From Elusimicrobiota bacterium (GTDB taxonomy: Bacteria; Elusimicrobiota; Endomicrobiia; Endomicrobiales; JBDRNC01), in assembly GCA_043811535.1 (NCBI GenBank), contig JBDRNC010000030.1, positions 1 through 32,351 of the forward strand: a DNA stretch of 32,351 nucleotides, in the 5' to 3' direction. Under the pieces are notes generated by a model. That model saw nothing but the letters and a program-made list of their open reading frames with translations. It searched no databases and had not been told where the DNA came from. Within the stretch, counting starts at the first letter, position 1, and every line of letters begins with the position of its first letter. The translations under genes and the position numbers were made by a program. Positions 1 to 8,268 of this stretch are shown piece after piece.

Positions 1-18
1 AGCCATTTAGCAATTTTA
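1..18. repeat. End of an octamer-periodic (CATTTAGC) repeat element, truncated by the window start
   Basis: agccatttagcaatttt matches the 3' halves of the elements at 1307, 2498, 24356 and 28013. Confidence 0.5.
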
Positions 19-37
19 GAATTCAAAAGGAGTTATC

Positions 38-1300
38 ATGAAACGTAAATTCACAATTTTTGTTTCAGGCGCAGTAATCGCGCTGACTTTGATTTATTCC
101 ACGTTCAGCCCGGTCAGGGCCGCTGTCGACAAGACCTATGACCAGCTTAAGATGCTTGTGGACATAATGACGTTCATTGAGGAAAACTATGTAGAAGAAA
201 AGCAGCCCAAGGACCTTCTGAACGGCGCCATAAAAGGGATGGTCAAGACTCTCGACCCGTTCTCGCAGTTCATGGAGCCGGAAGTTTACAAGGAAATGAA
301 GACGGAAACGGAAGGCCAGTTCGGCGGGTTGGGTATAAGGATCTCCATAAAAAGCGAGTGGCTCACTGTCGTCACTCCTCTTCTCGGCACACCCGCGTAC
401 CGTATCGGCATACTTCCGGATGACAAAATCATAAAGATAGAAGGGCAGAGCACTCAGGGCATTACCGTAGAAGAAGCCGTCAAGAAACTGCGCGGCACGC
501 CCGGCACGAAAGTGACGATAACGATAGCCAGGGAAAGCGCGAAAGAACCTATCGATTTCACGATAACGCGCGAGATCATAAAAATTGAAACTATTTCCGG
601 CAGGATGCTCGAAAACCGGATAGGGTACATAAAGCTCACGGAATTCAACGCCAATACTACGAGAGACCTGAGGAAGGAACTCGCTATCCTCGAGAAAAAA
701 GACATGAAGTCCCTGATTCTTGACCTGCGCAATAATCCCGGCGGCCTTCTTGATGAAGCCGCGGATGTATGCAGGGAATTCATAGGCGAAAACAAGGTTG
801 TAGTGTATATTCAGGGCAGAAAAGCCGATTCGCGCAGGGATTACTACGCGAAAGTCAAAGCGCCTTACGGAGACCTTCCGCTCATTGTGCTTGTCAACCG
901 AGGTTCGGCTTCCGGTTCGGAGATCGTAGCGGGAGCTGTCCAGGACCTGAAGCGAGGGCTCCTTGTCGGAACAACTACATTCGGCAAGGGAAGCGTTCAA
1001 TCCGTTTATCCTCTCACGGAGGGTTACGGTTTGAGGCTCACCACGGCAAAGTATTACACCCCTTCCGGCAGATGCATACACAGGGACGAAAAAACAGGCG
1101 CCGGAGGGATAACTCCCGATATTATCATCCCCGTCACGCCCGAAGTGGAAGTCAAACTGTACACGCAGGGAGAAGAGGTATACGCGCAGGGAAAAGAGCC
1201 CGAATCGGCGGTTAAAAAGCAAGACCGCGTTGAAGACGTCGCTCTGCTAAGGTCAATCGAACTGCTCAAGGCGCGCGAAGTATTTTCGGGAATAAAATAG
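38..1300 (+). CDS. ctpA: Carboxyl-terminal processing protease (S41 family, PDZ)
   Basis: LDPFSQF, GQFGGLGI (PDZ), DLRNNPGG, SASGSEIVAGAVQD, TFGKGSVQ and AKYYTPSG motifs; N-terminal signal/TM; AAGGAG RBS. Confidence 0.95.
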   Translation: MKRKFTIFVSGAVIALTLIYSTFSPVRAAVDKTYDQLKMLVDIMTFIEENYVEEKQPKDLLNGAIKGMVKTLDPFSQFMEPEVYKEMKTETEGQFGGLGIRISIKSEWLTVVTPLLGTPAYRIGILPDDKIIKIEGQSTQGITVEEAVKKLRGTPGTKVTITIARESAKEPIDFTITREIIKIETISGRMLENRIGYIKLTEFNANTTRDLRKELAILEKKDMKSLILDLRNNPGGLLDEAADVCREFIGENKVVVYIQGRKADSRRDYYAKVKAPYGDLPLIVLVNRGSASGSEIVAGAVQDLKRGLLVGTTTFGKGSVQSVYPLTEGYGLRLTTAKYYTPSGRCIHRDEKTGAGGITPDIIIPVTPEVEVKLYTQGEEVYAQGKEPESAVKKQDRVEDVALLRSIELLKAREVFSGIK

Positions 1301-1306
1301 TAAGAC

Positions 1307-1380
1307 AATTGCTAAATGGTTAAATTGTTAAATTGCTAACGTCTTTAACCATTTGGCCATACAGCCATTTGACCATTTAA
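1307..1380. repeat. Octamer-periodic inverted-repeat element (GCTAAATG...CATTTAGC), core reversed
   Basis: Tandem ~8-nt units on both arms; central ttgctaacgtctttaacc is the reverse complement of ggttaaagacgttagcaa. Confidence 0.8.
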
Positions 1381-1385
1381 TTTAT

Positions 1386-2492
1386 ATGTCCAAAAACAAA
1401 TCATCAAAAGACAATAAAAGCGGGCTTCCGGGCGTATTGTTCATAGCCGTCCTGTTCCTTTTCGGCGTGCTTGTCTGGATTTACCTGCAAACTTCCAAAA
1501 AGGACTACACGCAGTACGCGGTGAAGTTTGATTCGGCTCTTTCCGATGTTCTCGTAAGGAACGGGATAAGCGATCCTAACATTCTGTCACAGTCGCGCCT
1601 TGAAAAGACTTCCCAAACGCATGTGTGGGTCGAGTATTTCAAGGAAATATCCCTGCCGAAAAAGACCTCTCCGGAGAAACTGTTCAAGGATATCCAGGCA
1701 TTGTCCGGCAATTTGTCATTCAGTTATTCCGCGTCGGCGCTTGACGGCGAAAAAACCGAGATAAGGATCTCATTCAACAGGGTGCTGCTGTACCGGATGA
1801 TATTCAACCCGTCATTAAAGGCGCAGCCGCTGAAAAAAGTGGCTATTGTCATAGATGATTTGGGTTATACCAAGAATATTTCCGGTTTTCTTGACCTCGG
1901 CGTTCCGATAACATTCGCAATACTCCCTAAGGAAGCCTACTCCAAAACGCTTGCCGGACAGCTCACGAAGCTCAAAAGGCCATACATCCTGCACATGCCC
2001 CTGGAACCGGAAGGATACCCGAACATAAATCCCGGCAAGGCCGCGATTCTTAAAAGCATGACAGCCTCCGAGATTAAAAAAATATTCAACTCCAATCTGG
2101 AAAGTGTCCCCGGTGTCGCCGGCGTGTCCAACCACATGGGCTCCGCTTTCAGCGCAGACGCCGATAAAATGAGGGTTTTTCTGAAACTGGTGAAAGAAAA
2201 CAAACTGTTCTATTTTGATTCCTACACAACGCCAAAATCAAAAGCGGCTCAGATAGCAAAAGAACTTAAAATGCCTTTCATACAGAACAGAATATTCCTT
2301 GATGTAGAAGACGATCCCGCGGCGGTCAGGAAACAGCTTGACCTTCTATTAAAACAAGCCGACACCCGCGGCAGGTCTATAGCAATAGGGCACATTGACA
2401 AAAAGAACGTCGTGCCGGCCCTGCGGGAATACATACCGAAATTCGCCGAAAAAGGGATAGAATTCGTATATTTGACGGATTTATTGAAATAA
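1386..2492 (+). CDS. Divergent polysaccharide deacetylase family protein (YibQ-like), membrane anchored
   Basis: AIVIDDLG, HMPLEP, NHMGS, FDSYT, FLD and IAIGH motifs; typical position after an S41 protease; ATG 1386 preferred over the upstream start inside the repeat. Confidence 0.9.
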   Translation: MSKNKSSKDNKSGLPGVLFIAVLFLFGVLVWIYLQTSKKDYTQYAVKFDSALSDVLVRNGISDPNILSQSRLEKTSQTHVWVEYFKEISLPKKTSPEKLFKDIQALSGNLSFSYSASALDGEKTEIRISFNRVLLYRMIFNPSLKAQPLKKVAIVIDDLGYTKNISGFLDLGVPITFAILPKEAYSKTLAGQLTKLKRPYILHMPLEPEGYPNINPGKAAILKSMTASEIKKIFNSNLESVPGVAGVSNHMGSAFSADADKMRVFLKLVKENKLFYFDSYTTPKSKAAQIAKELKMPFIQNRIFLDVEDDPAAVRKQLDLLLKQADTRGRSIAIGHIDKKNVVPALREYIPKFAEKGIEFVYLTDLLK

Positions 2493-2497
2493 GAGAA

Positions 2498-2650
2498 GCA
2501 ATGGCTAAATGGCCAAATGGCTATACGGTTAAAGACGTCAGCAATTTAGCCATAGAACCATTCAGCCTTTAGTATTATTAACCATTTTAGCCGTTTAGCC
2601 ATTCAGCCATTAGTAGTATTAGCCATTTAACCATTCAGCAATTTAACAAT
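2498..2650. repeat. Octamer-periodic inverted-repeat element
   Basis: atggctaaatggccaaatggctat...ggttaaagacgtcagcaat...ttagccat/cattcagc units. Confidence 0.85.
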
Positions 2651-2654
2651 TATT

Positions 2655-3695
2655 ATGTTTATTCTCGGTATCGAAACATCCTGCGATGAAACTTCCGCTT
2701 CCATAGTGCGCGGCGGCAGGAAAATAATCTCGAATATTGTCTCTTCGCAGACGGCTATCCACAAAAAGTATTCCGGAGTCGTGCCTGAGCTCGCGAGCCG
2801 CGCGCATCTGGAAAACATCAACTGGGTTGTCTCCGCCGCTCTATCCCAAGCCGGGCTTAAGATGCGTGATATCGGAAAAAGGGTCGCCGCGATATCATAT
2901 ACAAGGGGTCCCGGGCTGGCCGGCTCGCTTCTGGTAGGGCAGGTCGCTGCGCAGACGCTCTCGTTCATGCGCGGCGCGAGGCTTATAGACGTCAATCACA
3001 TTGAAGGCCATTTGTACGCTGCGTGTCTTGAACGCAAGGACCTTCGCCCGCCTTACCTGAGCCTGGTAGTTTCAGGGGGGCATACCGAACTTATTATTGT
3101 CCGGGATTTCGGAAAATACGAATATCTTGGCGGAACCCGCGACGACGCGGCGGGCGAGGCGTATGACAAGGTGGCTAAACTGCTAAATCTTGAATACCCC
3201 GGAGGCCCGGTGATAGACGCGATCTCAAAAAAAGGGGACCCTGAAAGCATAAGGTTCCCAAGGCCGCTCATGCCGGGCACATGGGATTTCTCTTTTTCGG
3301 GGCTCAAGACATCGGTTGTCAATCATGTAAAGAACAATGGCCTTCCAGGACCTGATTCAAAAGCTCTTTTTAACATATGCGCCTCGTTCCAGGCGGCGGT
3401 AACGGAAACACTTACCGAAAAGACTTTCTCCGCGGCAAAACACTTCAAATTAAGAAAAGTGGTTCTGGGCGGCGGGGTCGCGGCGAACTCTTCGCTTCGG
3501 AAGGCCTTTCTGAAAAGAGCCGCTGAGACGGGTTTGGATGTTTTTCTTCCGTCGCGAGCGCTTTGCACCGATAACGCAGCTATGATAGCGTGCGCGGGAT
3601 ATTACAAACTTAAGAAAAGCCGCGCCGGGAAAGGTTTTTCGTGTTTGAAAGCCCAGAAAATAGAGCCCAGCATGAAAATAAGGAACTGGCATTGA
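2655..3695 (+). CDS. tsaD: tRNA N6-adenosine threonylcarbamoyltransferase TsaD
   Basis: LGIETSCDET, GVVPELASRAH, GPGLAGSL, NHIEGH, VSGGHT, DDAAGEAYDK, FSFSGLKT, CTDNAAMI. Confidence 0.98.
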   Translation: MFILGIETSCDETSASIVRGGRKIISNIVSSQTAIHKKYSGVVPELASRAHLENINWVVSAALSQAGLKMRDIGKRVAAISYTRGPGLAGSLLVGQVAAQTLSFMRGARLIDVNHIEGHLYAACLERKDLRPPYLSLVVSGGHTELIIVRDFGKYEYLGGTRDDAAGEAYDKVAKLLNLEYPGGPVIDAISKKGDPESIRFPRPLMPGTWDFSFSGLKTSVVNHVKNNGLPGPDSKALFNICASFQAAVTETLTEKTFSAAKHFKLRKVVLGGGVAANSSLRKAFLKRAAETGLDVFLPSRALCTDNAAMIACAGYYKLKKSRAGKGFSCLKAQKIEPSMKIRNWH

Positions 3696-3760
3696 GAAAG
3701 ACGGAAGATGGAAGAAGGAAGACGGAAGAAAAACAACGGAAGACGGACGACGGAAGACAT
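3696..3760 (+). repeat. Purine-rich heptamer repeat (GGAAGAC/GGAAGAT)
   Basis: gacggaagatggaagaaggaagacggaag...; the same family occurs at 18436, 19457 and 22661. Confidence 0.75.
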
Positions 3761-3782
3761 TAAGATTAATCTGGAGGGTAAG

Positions 3783-4634
3783 ATGCTAAGCAGAAAACTT
3801 ATGGCAGTATCGGCAGTACTATTTGTCACCGCAGTGTGCTATGCGGCGCAGGATGCCAAACCCAAGCCGGAAATGAAGCTTGAAACCGTGCTGGCCACGA
3901 TTGACGGCGTTCCGGTAACCAAGGACGCTCTTTACACGCGCATCATCCAGTTGTATCCCGCGCAGGCGCAGGACGCGCTTGACAGGATGGTCAACGAAAT
4001 AATGATATCAAACGAAGCGGAGCGCAAGAAAGTGACGATCTCCGACCGTGAGATAAAGAAAAAATCCGTCGATATGGGCATTACGGGCGAATTGTCCAAT
4101 CCGGCGAAGGATCTGATAAGGATCTCAATGCTCGCTGATAAAATGATTATTGAAGAATTCAAGATAAAAGTGACGCCCGAAGACGTCAAGACTTTCTTTG
4201 AAGCCAATAAAGCGGTTCTCGGGGAACCTGAACAGGTGCGCCTGAGACAGATTTACGTACTGGCGCCTAATGAGGCGAACGACATCTCGCTTTCACTAAA
4301 CGCCGGGGCGGATTTCGCGAAGATGGCTCAGGCAAAATCTATGGATACGGCGAGCAAGGACAAGGGCGGCGACCTTGGCTATTTCACGCGCGGCATGATA
4401 CTCCCTGAGATAGAAAAGGTTGCGTTCGAAATGAAGGTAGGAGAGATCAGCCAGCCCATAAAAGGCGCGAACGGCTATCACATTGTCAAACTTGAAGGAA
4501 GAAAACCCGCCAAGGAAGCCAAATTTGACAATGAAATGAAAAAACGGCTTGAAATCGCTATTAAAAACATCAGGATACAGCAGGCAATCCCGGTGTGGCT
4601 TGACGGATTGCGCAAAAAAGCCGAAATAAAGTGA
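3783..4634 (+). CDS. Peptidyl-prolyl cis-trans isomerase, PpiC/parvulin type (PrsA/SurA-like foldase)
   Basis: Signal peptide; DFAKMAQAKSMD...GGDLGYF...EIEKVAF...GEISQPI...GYHIVK rotamase domain; GGAGG RBS before ATG 3783. Confidence 0.9.
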   Translation: MLSRKLMAVSAVLFVTAVCYAAQDAKPKPEMKLETVLATIDGVPVTKDALYTRIIQLYPAQAQDALDRMVNEIMISNEAERKKVTISDREIKKKSVDMGITGELSNPAKDLIRISMLADKMIIEEFKIKVTPEDVKTFFEANKAVLGEPEQVRLRQIYVLAPNEANDISLSLNAGADFAKMAQAKSMDTASKDKGGDLGYFTRGMILPEIEKVAFEMKVGEISQPIKGANGYHIVKLEGRKPAKEAKFDNEMKKRLEIAIKNIRIQQAIPVWLDGLRKKAEIK

Positions 4635-4651
4635 CCGTAGGCCTCACCTCG

Positions 4652-4725
4652 GTCATCCCCGAGTGTCTGAATCGGGGATCCATTTAAGCGAAGGGTCAAC
4701 CCCGAGTGTTTTAATCGGGGATCCA
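4652..4725 (+). repeat. Two tandem REP-like palindromes GTCA(T/A)CCCCG-N10-CGGGGATCCA (4652-4682, 4695-4725)
   Basis: Same consensus as the palindromes flanking the GIY-YIG gene at 25113 and 25457. Confidence 0.85.
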
Positions 4726-4736
4726 TATCTATTCTT

Positions 4737-5747
4737 ATGCCACATACCGTTAAAATATCCGGTTACCTCAGACCGCTTCTCATCGGCAAACTGAAACTCC
4801 GCAACAACATCTTTCTCGCCCCGATGGCGGGCATTACCGACGGCCCGTTCCGCCGGCTTGCAATTGAGGGCGGGGCCGGTCTTGTCTGCAGCGAGATGGT
4901 ATCGTCAAAAGCGCTGGCGCACGGCCATAAACGCACGCATAAAATGCTTGAGCTGACAGCCGCCGAGCATCCTGTCAGTATTCAGATATTCGGCCCGGAT
5001 CCGGAATCCATGGCAGCGGCGGCAAAAACGGCCGAGCAGTGCGGGGCGGATATCATTGACATCAATTTCGGCTGTCCCGTGCCCAAAATAGCGAAATCCG
5101 GCGCCGGAGCGGTTCTGCTTTCAAATGAAAAGGCCGCCTCGGCTATTATGGAATCAACCTCAAAAGCCGTCAGGATTCCAGTAACCGCAAAAATACGCAT
5201 CGGCAGGAATTCGGGGGAAAACATAGCTCCGAGATTCGTCAATATCGCGGAAGAAAACGGGATAAGCGCGGTCATCATACACGGCCGTCCCGCGGCTTCC
5301 GGCCACAAAGGCGCTCCCGACCTTGACGCGATAAGAAAAGCCGGGGAATTCGCGCGGATACCGGTAATAGGCAACGGCGGGATAACGAACGAAACGAGCG
5401 CGCTGAATTTCTTTGAACGGACGGACTGCGACGGTATCATGATAGGCAGGGGCGCGATAGGCGATTTCGGCATCTTCGCGAGAATCGAGCATTTTCTAAA
5501 CACCGGCGAAAAACTCCCGGACTCCACATGGGAAACGCGCATAGACAACTTCAGAAAACACGCCGAACTCGCCGTTGAGCTATACGGCGAAAAGCGCGGA
5601 CTGATACGCATGCGCAAGATCGTCGCTTATTACCTCAAAGACATGCCCGGCGCCTCGTCAATAAGGAACAGGTTCTGCAAAATAGAATCCGTAAAAGAGA
5701 TGGATGGTCTTTTGTCCAACATGCGGCAATCCCCGCATTTTGATTGA
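4737..5747 (+). CDS. dusB: tRNA-dihydrouridine synthase DusB
   Basis: LAPMAGITD, SEMV, IDINFGCP, PVTAKIRIG, HGR, IGNGGI, GIMIGRGA. Confidence 0.95.
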   Translation: MPHTVKISGYLRPLLIGKLKLRNNIFLAPMAGITDGPFRRLAIEGGAGLVCSEMVSSKALAHGHKRTHKMLELTAAEHPVSIQIFGPDPESMAAAAKTAEQCGADIIDINFGCPVPKIAKSGAGAVLLSNEKAASAIMESTSKAVRIPVTAKIRIGRNSGENIAPRFVNIAEENGISAVIIHGRPAASGHKGAPDLDAIRKAGEFARIPVIGNGGITNETSALNFFERTDCDGIMIGRGAIGDFGIFARIEHFLNTGEKLPDSTWETRIDNFRKHAELAVELYGEKRGLIRMRKIVAYYLKDMPGASSIRNRFCKIESVKEMDGLLSNMRQSPHFD

Positions 5748-5766
5748 AATTTCTATAAATTTTACC

Positions 5767-5794
5767 GTTGACCGGTACTTAAGTGCCGGTCTGC
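5767..5794. repeat. Degenerate REP palindrome of the RAYT family
   Basis: gttgaccggtacttaagtgccggtctgc, 3 differences from the 6818 copy. Confidence 0.8.
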
Positions 5795-5806
5795 ATAATT
5801 AACGCT

Positions 5807-6496
5807 ATGAAACACAAAACTAATGATTTTCATCAATTCTGCCAGCCGGAACCTGAGCGGTATGAAAGGCAGGGTTTTCCCGAAGCTATATACGGCGAGG
5901 GAAAAACCGTCAAGCAGATAATTTCCATAGCCCGCGGGCTGTCAAAAGGGAACGGCCCGGTAATCGTCACCAGAATCGGAAAAAAAGAATTTTCCGCAGT
6001 TAAAAAGGCCTTCCCGAAGGCCGAGTACTTCGAGCTCGCGAGGATAATCGCGGTCAAGCGCTCTCTTGTCCGGCCCGCGCACGGATCATATATATGTATC
6101 GTAACAGCGGGCACGACAGATATAGGAACGGCTGAGGAAGCCGCCGTTACCGCTGAGATACTGGGAAACAAGGTTGAAAGGATATACGACGCCGGCGTTG
6201 CAGGCATCCACCGCCTGTTCAAGCACAAGGAACGCCTGCTCGGCGCGTCCTGCATCGTGGTCTGCGCCGGAATGGAAGGAGCGCTTGCCAGCGTTGTCGG
6301 CGGGCTGGTCAGCTGCCCTGTGATAGGCGTTCCGACTTCCGTCGGATACGGCGTTTCCTTCAAGGGCGTCTCGGCGCTCCTGACCATGCTGAATTCCTGC
6401 GCCGCCAACGTGAGCGTCGTTAATATTGATGACGGCTTCGGCGCCGGCGTGATAGCAAGTTTAATTAACAAAGGGTCCAGGGTCCAGGACAAATAA
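5807..6496 (+). CDS. larB: Nickel-pincer cofactor biosynthesis protein LarB (AIR carboxylase-like)
   Basis: R..RQGFPEAIYGEGKT, AGTTD, DAGVAGIHRL, AGMEGAL, VPTSVGYG, LNSCA, VVNIDDGFGA. Confidence 0.93.
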   Translation: MKHKTNDFHQFCQPEPERYERQGFPEAIYGEGKTVKQIISIARGLSKGNGPVIVTRIGKKEFSAVKKAFPKAEYFELARIIAVKRSLVRPAHGSYICIVTAGTTDIGTAEEAAVTAEILGNKVERIYDAGVAGIHRLFKHKERLLGASCIVVCAGMEGALASVVGGLVSCPVIGVPTSVGYGVSFKGVSALLTMLNSCAANVSVVNIDDGFGAGVIASLINKGSRVQDK

Positions 6497-6499
6497 TCA

Positions 6500-6526
6500 G
6501 TAGACCGGCACTTAAGTGCCGGCCTG
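6500..6526. repeat. REP palindrome upstream of the RAYT gene
   Basis: gtagaccggcacttaagtgccggcctg, with GTAG 5' tetranucleotide. Confidence 0.9.
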
Positions 6527-6541
6527 AAATGGGGGGAGTAC

Positions 6542-7075
6542 ATGGGGGCAATTAAGCGTTATTTTGAGGACGGTGCCGTATATTTCGTTACAACAGTCAC
6601 TTTTTTTAGAAGAAAAATATTTAATAACAGTGACCATGCCAGATTTCTGTTGTTTTCAATAGGATATCATAGATATTTGTTAGATTTTAAGCTGTTTGGA
6701 TATGTCATAATGCCTGATCACATCCATATGTTAATTCAACCTAAATCTGAACTGCAAAGTATTTCAAAGATCATGCAGCATATCAAAGGCAACTTTGCAA
6801 GAAAATACAACGAAATGGTAGACCGGCACTTAAGTGCCGGTCTACGGGATGCAAATGGGAAAGGGAAGAGGAGGTATTCTCCTGTATGGCAGGAAGGATT
6901 TTACGATACCGGCCTCAGAGACGAAATTGCATTTCATAAATGGCTTGAATATATGCACAATAATCCGATAAAAACTGGGTTAGCAGCGGAGGCGGGGATG
7001 TATGAATTCTCCAGTTATAATCAGTATCATTTGGGGCACCGTAGCAGCATTCAAATCCCGATAGACCGGGCTTAG
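6542..7075 (+). CDS. REP-associated tyrosine transposase (RAYT/TnpA-REP, Y1 HUH)
   Basis: YFVTTVT, YVIMPDHIH (HUH), VWQEGFYD, EYMHNNP and SSY motifs; AT-rich; flanked by GTAG palindromes. Confidence 0.93.
   Translation: MGAIKRYFEDGAVYFVTTVTFFRRKIFNNSDHARFLLFSIGYHRYLLDFKLFGYVIMPDHIHMLIQPKSELQSISKIMQHIKGNFARKYNEMVDRHLSAGLRDANGKGKRRYSPVWQEGFYDTGLRDEIAFHKWLEYMHNNPIKTGLAAEAGMYEFSSYNQYHLGHRSSIQIPIDRA
6818..6845. repeat. Perfect 28-bp REP palindrome inside the RAYT coding sequence
   Basis: gtagaccggcactt|aagtgccggtctac, read in frame as VDRHLSAGL(R). Confidence 0.92.
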
Positions 7076-7083
7076 GATCAATT

Positions 7084-7117
7084 TCATGTAGACGGCACTT
7101 AAGTGCCGTCTACATGA
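7084..7117. repeat. Perfect 34-bp REP palindrome downstream of the RAYT gene
   Basis: tcatgtagacggcactt|aagtgccgtctacatga. Confidence 0.92.
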
Positions 7118-7130
7118 CTGAGATATTATT

Positions 7131-8216
7131 ATGAAAAAAGTACTATATTTTAATTGCGCTTCGGGGATAGCGGGCGACATGATAATCGCGTCGCTGATAG
7201 ACGCCGGCGTCCCGGCCGCCGCTCTGGAACAAAGACTTAAACGGGCGCTTCGCGTCAAGGACTGGAAGCTGAAATGCGCCGCGGCAAGCCATTACCACTG
7301 CCCCGCGAAAACCGTGCAAGTCACCGGCCTGAGGCATTTTAATTCCCCGTATGAGATGCTTAGAATACTCAGGCGCTCTTCCCTGCCGGCTGAAACCAAG
7401 GCTAAATCCATCGCGATAATTGAAACATTAATCAGGGCCGAGTCCAGGGTCCACGGCGTCCCCAAAGATAAGGTTCACTTCCATGAACTGAATTCCATCG
7501 ACACGCTGATTGACACCGCGGGTTCATGCCTCGCGGCCGAACTGCTAGGCATAACAGAGATCCGGGCTTCACAGCTCAATATAGGCAGGCCGGCGCCGGC
7601 CACTCTTGAGATAATAAAAGAAAACAAAATACCCGTATACTCGGACAACTCTTCCTGCGAGCTGACCACCCCGACCGGCGCGGCAATCATCTCAAACATC
7701 GCGTCGGGATTCGGCGCCATGCCCCCGATGATAATCGAAAAATCAGGATTCGGCGGCGGAACCAAGTTCATAACCAAGGCCCCCAACATGCTTCAAGCCG
7801 TAATCGGAAGAATTCCCGGAGGCAGCGCGCCCGGAGACGAAGTCATCCTGCTTGAAACCAACATAGACGATTTGGACCCCCGCGTATATCCTTATGTAAT
7901 GGAACTCCTGCTGAAAGCCGGAGCGAAAGATACGTGGCTGACGCATATAATAATGAAAAAAGGCCGGCCGGGAACGATGCTTTCAACGCTGTGCGCTCCG
8001 CGCGATGAAGGTGAGATGGTCCTCATCATATTCCGCGAAACCACCACGCTCGGCATCCGCCGTATACCCGTCCTGCGCCATATACTTGCCAGAAAATCAG
8101 GCAAAACCCGCAAAATCGCCTACCTGCACGACGGAAATACGAAATCAAGTGTTGAATTCGAACAAGCCAGGAAAATGGCGCTTAAAACAGGCCAACCCCT
8201 CAAAGATATACTTTGA
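7131..8216 (+). CDS. larC: Nickel insertion protein LarC (DUF111)
   Basis: SGIAGDM, AESRVHG, VHFHE, PAPAT, ELTTPTGAA, LETNIDD, MKKGRPG, ETTTLGIR. Confidence 0.92.
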   Translation: MKKVLYFNCASGIAGDMIIASLIDAGVPAAALEQRLKRALRVKDWKLKCAAASHYHCPAKTVQVTGLRHFNSPYEMLRILRRSSLPAETKAKSIAIIETLIRAESRVHGVPKDKVHFHELNSIDTLIDTAGSCLAAELLGITEIRASQLNIGRPAPATLEIIKENKIPVYSDNSSCELTTPTGAAIISNIASGFGAMPPMIIEKSGFGGGTKFITKAPNMLQAVIGRIPGGSAPGDEVILLETNIDDLDPRVYPYVMELLLKAGAKDTWLTHIIMKKGRPGTMLSTLCAPRDEGEMVLIIFRETTTLGIRRIPVLRHILARKSGKTRKIAYLHDGNTKSSVEFEQARKMALKTGQPLKDIL

Positions 8217-8268
8217 ATGTTTTCTTATATATCATTGACTCCGTAACACGAACCGATCAGAAAGAAAC

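Noticed and set aside
65..1222. Long minus-strand ORFs (65-1222, 4982-5617, 5833-6543, 23034-23726, 30434-32344 etc.)
   Set aside because: Antisense shadows of well-supported + genes, with no recognisable motifs
3708..3782. N-terminal extension of the PPIase (likewise 1353, 5783, 24445, 25001 and 25490 starts)
   Set aside because: These extensions read through repeats or overlap the upstream gene; downstream starts fit RBS position and domain boundaries better
6542..7075. IS200/IS605 TnpA insertion sequence
   Set aside because: No tnpB; the WQ/NNP/SSY motifs and multiple GTAG palindromes fit RAYT better
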